Shown: positions 33,150-36,259 of the stretch, one piece after another | Layout: every line of letters starts with the position of its first letter | Numbering within the stretch: the stretch's first letter is position 1 | Notes under the pieces: model-generated | What the model was told of the DNA's origin: nothing | What the model saw: the letters and a program-made list of their open reading frames with translations, nothing else | Databases searched by the model: none | IMG/VR virus record: IMGVR_UViG_3300033067_002337 | Span: 1 to 36,259 of that record | DNA from: a virus | Lineage: Duplodnaviria > Caudoviricetes | Length of the DNA: 36,259 nt | Reading direction: 5' to 3' (one strand) | Program-made: the position numbers and the translations under genes

Positions 33150-34484
33150 ATGGCAAATACACCAGTCAATATTTTACAGAACGTCCAGCTCTATATTAAG
33201 TCAGAGTTGGCATGGTTGGACAACGAATATTGGGGCATATCCAACGCAAATAAATCCCTTGAAGAGTTTAACGACAAGCCTGGAAACTTAGGCGATGTCA
33301 TCACCTTCGACTGTACACCTCGTTATATTTCTTATGATGGCCTTGTTATTACCGAGCAACCATCCGTTCAACGTTTGCAATCATTAATTTGTTCGCAAGC
33401 AAAGAACGTTTCTGCAGCATACACCGATGAACAATTTATATTCAACGTAGAACAATACATGGATAGATTTGGTATTGCTGCCGCGAAAGAAATTGGTGCG
33501 GGTATTGAGCAAGATATTTTAAAGAATATCGTATCAGGCGTTGTTGGTAATAACCCAAATAGCCCTGAATTTGGAAGCGCTCAGATTAATTCTGGCCCAT
33601 TCCGTTTTTATGGCGATGGCGTTACACCAATTAACTCATATCAACAATTAGCGCAATCATGGGCGAACTTTACTGCATTTGGTGCATCCACCCACATGAA
33701 ACGAGGCGTTATTCCTGTTGACTTGGTCCCTGCAATCGTTGGAACTGGATTAAACCAATTCGCTCCAGACCGAAACAATGATATTTCTAAGGCTTGGGAA
33801 TTAGGTTCTTACGCTGGTCTTGATGTGAAATGGGGGGTTTCTAACCTATTACCAATTCATATTTCAGGTTTTGTGCAAAACGCTGCAGCTCCTAATAACG
33901 TTTGGACTGTGGTCTCAACGAACGATCCTACTGGTGTTAACGTTACTACAATTACTGCTACCGAACCAACAGGCTCTACTGCTGCAAATGCTGTATTGGC
34001 CGGTGATTTATTCCAGTTCAATGATGGTGTTTCTGGTCAGCCCAATATGCGTTTCTTGACCTTCATTGGCCATCAACCAACTCGTTTACCTGTTCAATTT
34101 AGAGCAATAGCTAATGCGAATACTGTAGCGGGAACTGCGATAATTCAAGTTCAAACTATTAACAACAGTATTGGTCTCGTTTGGGCTCAGAACCAAAACC
34201 AAAACTTGAACAATGCAATTGCTGCTGGAATGCAATTTACTGGATTGCCTTCTCATCAAGCGGGTTGGATGGATGCTGGAAACAGTTTCTATCTTGCAAT
34301 GCCAAGATTGCCCAATCAATCACCATTCGAGACTGTTTACTTTAAGGATGAGAAGTCTGGGGCATCATTACGGCATTATTGGGGGGTTCAATTTGGTAAA
34401 GACAACCGCTCGTATGTCAGAGACTGCACATGGGGATCCACTTTGATCGCTGAAGACAGTATGCGTCTTATTTTCCCACTATAA
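33150..34484 (+). CDS. Major capsid protein, P22 coat-like
   Basis: Start MANTPVN at 33150 (RBS GGAG); 'GDVITF..P', insertion domain 'LAGDLFQF..V', C-terminal 'RD..WG'. Confidence 0.88.
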   Translation: MANTPVNILQNVQLYIKSELAWLDNEYWGISNANKSLEEFNDKPGNLGDVITFDCTPRYISYDGLVITEQPSVQRLQSLICSQAKNVSAAYTDEQFIFNVEQYMDRFGIAAAKEIGAGIEQDILKNIVSGVVGNNPNSPEFGSAQINSGPFRFYGDGVTPINSYQQLAQSWANFTAFGASTHMKRGVIPVDLVPAIVGTGLNQFAPDRNNDISKAWELGSYAGLDVKWGVSNLLPIHISGFVQNAAAPNNVWTVVSTNDPTGVNVTTITATEPTGSTAANAVLAGDLFQFNDGVSGQPNMRFLTFIGHQPTRLPVQFRAIANANTVAGTAIIQVQTINNSIGLVWAQNQNQNLNNAIAAGMQFTGLPSHQAGWMDAGNSFYLAMPRLPNQSPFETVYFKDEKSGASLRHYWGVQFGKDNRSYVRDCTWGSTLIAEDSMRLIFPL

Positions 34485-34496
34485 GAAATTAATCTC

Positions 34497-34518
34497 GCGC
34501 TCGAAAGGGCGCATTTTT
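34497..34518 (+). terminator. Terminator/attenuator after the coat gene
   Basis: GCGCTC-GAAA-GGGCGC-ATTTTT (GNRA loop). Confidence 0.65.
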
Positions 34519-34532
34519 AGAGGAATAAAAAA

Positions 34533-35309
34533 ATGGCAGAATCATACGACACTCAAGGTTCGGTTCAATACGGACAAGAATTACCCTACTATATTAATGG
34601 ATTTGGCATTAGCAATAACGCAACCACACCAAATACTAAGTTGGACATTGCAGCTGGAAGTTGCTTGGATTCCACTGGAACTTTCCAATTAAATAGTAAT
34701 GCTGTAATTACCATTAATGCCGCTGTAAATGGTTTAAATGGTTTAGATGCAGGCACTTTTGCTGCCTCCACTGTTTATGCAGTCTATTTGGTATGGGATC
34801 CTGTTACATTCAACGCAACAGGAGCAGTGATTTCTACATCGTTAACAGCTCCTTTAATGCCTTTTGGTTACAGTGCTTATTTACTGATAGGTTTTGCAGT
34901 AAGTGATAGCTCCGTTCATTTCCTTAAAGGATATTGGAGTGCTGGCAACAGCTCTACTCGCGTATTTACCTATGATGCTCCTCAAGCAACTGCGGTAACT
35001 GCTGGACATGCTACAACCTATACAGCTGTGGATTTATCTGCATTGGTTCCTAATATTAACAATACTCCAGTAAGTATTGCTTATTCATTTACACCTAACG
35101 CTGCAACAACCAGTATTTTAAAGATGCAAGGCGCTCAGTCAACTGGTGATGCTGTAGCTATTACGGGTCAAGTGGCTACTGTTCCAATTACTGGCAATGC
35201 GACTGTGTTAGCTCAAATCGCTTCATCTAAGCCTGAAATCAATTACAAAGGCGTAAGTGGTTCAGATGCTACCGCATTAAATGTTGCTGGTTACACTTGG
35301 TACGTATAA
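34533..35309 (+). CDS. Virion structural protein (possible capsid decoration/head fibre)
   Basis: Thr/Ala-rich; 'ISNNATTPNT.LDIAAG.C.D', 'NGLD.GT.AASTVY.VY' motif of structural proteins. Confidence 0.65.
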   Translation: MAESYDTQGSVQYGQELPYYINGFGISNNATTPNTKLDIAAGSCLDSTGTFQLNSNAVITINAAVNGLNGLDAGTFAASTVYAVYLVWDPVTFNATGAVISTSLTAPLMPFGYSAYLLIGFAVSDSSVHFLKGYWSAGNSSTRVFTYDAPQATAVTAGHATTYTAVDLSALVPNINNTPVSIAYSFTPNAATTSILKMQGAQSTGDAVAITGQVATVPITGNATVLAQIASSKPEINYKGVSGSDATALNVAGYTWYV

Positions 35310-35329
35310 CTTAAATAAGGAGAGGAAAT

Positions 35330-36034
35330 ATGGCTTATCCAGCTAGTGAATTAATTACTCGAGCCTATTTCCTTTCTCAAGTTTTGGCTCGAGATTTACA
35401 GACCATTAGCGGCTCACAAATGGATGATGGTTTGTATCTTTTGAATGCTTTATTGGATGTGAAGTTTTCCGACTTGCAATTGATTCCTTATTATACAAAT
35501 TATCAATTTAATACGGTTGCTGGTACTGAGAAATATTTCATTCCCAATCTTGCAGAAGCAGATACGACTACATTCAATATTGGCACCGTTCGATTTTCGA
35601 TGAATGAATTAACCCGCAAAGAATATTTTGGCACACCACGTGTTGACCAGCTTCAAGCATTACCTTTTAGCTATCGATATGAACGCTGTCTTGGCGGTGC
35701 TAATCTTTTTCTTTATTTTGTGCCAAACCAAGTTTATCTCGTCAACGTTTGGGGTAAGTTTGGGTTAAGTGATGTGACTTTACATCAAGATTTATCGCTT
35801 ACATACGATTTGTTTTACATTGAATATTTGAGGTTTGCGCTTGCCCAGTATATTTGCTGTGAGTATGGCCAGACCTTTCCAGACACTTGTGAAATGAAGT
35901 TAAAGCAGATTGTTAAGAAGCTTAAGTCAGTAAGTCCTGCTGATTTGTCTATTAACAAGAGAAGCTTCTTTACTACTAACACAACTTTTGATTGGCAATT
36001 CTGCAACCTCAGCCAGGGATGGTTCCCTTTCTAA
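35330..36034 (+). CDS. Head-to-tail adaptor, P22 gp4-like
   Basis: 'A.ELITRA', 'DGL..LNALLD', 'YLRFALA....EYG'; precedes the gp10-like gene. Confidence 0.8.
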   Translation: MAYPASELITRAYFLSQVLARDLQTISGSQMDDGLYLLNALLDVKFSDLQLIPYYTNYQFNTVAGTEKYFIPNLAEADTTTFNIGTVRFSMNELTRKEYFGTPRVDQLQALPFSYRYERCLGGANLFLYFVPNQVYLVNVWGKFGLSDVTLHQDLSLTYDLFYIEYLRFALAQYICCEYGQTFPDTCEMKLKQIVKKLKSVSPADLSINKRSFFTTNTTFDWQFCNLSQGWFPF

Positions 36035-36067
36035 CGATTTGTATAAATTTTATTATTAGGATTTGCG

Positions 36068-36259
36068 ATGCCAGAACTACAACCATCGCCAGCACAACCA
36101 CTGGCGCCAAAGAGCCAACAAGGAATCTATGAAATTCCTTTGGATATTGTTGGTGGCAATAAATATGGCCGCTACCCAAAAATCAATCAATCCCAAACTT
36201 GGAATATGATGATTTCGGATGGATTTTTAGTTGATTATGCAGGATTTCAATTTATTGAA
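36068..36259 (+). CDS. 5' part of the gp10-like tail hub gene (continues at position 1)
   Basis: 64 open codons MPELQP...IPLDIVGG.KYGRYPKI...TWNM...YAGFQFIE; RBS AGGA; in frame with position 1. Confidence 0.85.
   Translation, partial: MPELQPSPAQPLAPKSQQGIYEIPLDIVGGNKYGRYPKINQSQTWNMMISDGFLVDYAGFQFIE

Noticed and set aside
254-36006. Many 60-120-aa ORFs overlapping or antisense to long genes in the ORF track (e.g. 254-469, 4415-4705, 17591-17863, 29488-29772, 32420-32791)
   Set aside because: They are shadows of well-supported genes, without RBS or recognisable motifs.
1-36259. Genome-wide TAG>Gln (code 15) recoding
   Set aside because: All long genes are uninterrupted in code 11, and TAG ends the lysozyme and csp genes at expected lengths. 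No suppressor tRNA was seen. Only one gene has an internal TAG.
36257-36259. GAA at both window ends as a terminal repeat
   Set aside because: Only 3 bp, and it reads as Glu-Glu in the joined gene; not informative about physical termini.

Overview
This 36,259-bp window looks like a complete, circularly permuted genome of an AT-rich P22-like podovirus. The ORF opening at 36068 runs in frame across the window end into positions 1-1293, giving one ~494-aa P22 gp10-like tail-hub gene. The late module has terS, terL, portal, a cluster of small basic proteins, scaffold, coat, gp4- and gp10-like head-completion proteins, three ejection-type proteins, a modular multi-gene tail-fibre set, a lysozyme and a VRR-NUC nuclease. 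A leftward early operon carries Bet-like and ExoVIII-like recombination genes plus an array of small shuffled-domain genes. A rightward early region carries three Cro-like genes, lambda O/P-like replication genes with an internal iteron origin, and a cold-shock protein. Two free-standing HNH endonucleases are inserted. I could not recognise an integrase, CI repressor, partition genes or a holin. The most unusual signals are regulatory: a CI-less three-Cro switch with two operator families; a plasmid-like leader before the replication gene (CGCCAA loop, alternative pairing, coupled leader peptide); a pair of DnaA boxes at the late promoter; a divergent pair of unannotated 18/20-aa hydrophobic microproteins; and a gene inserted between duplicated cro 3' ends. 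A gammaproteobacterial host (possibly Legionellales) is only an inference. All family calls come from motif recognition and synteny, not database searches.
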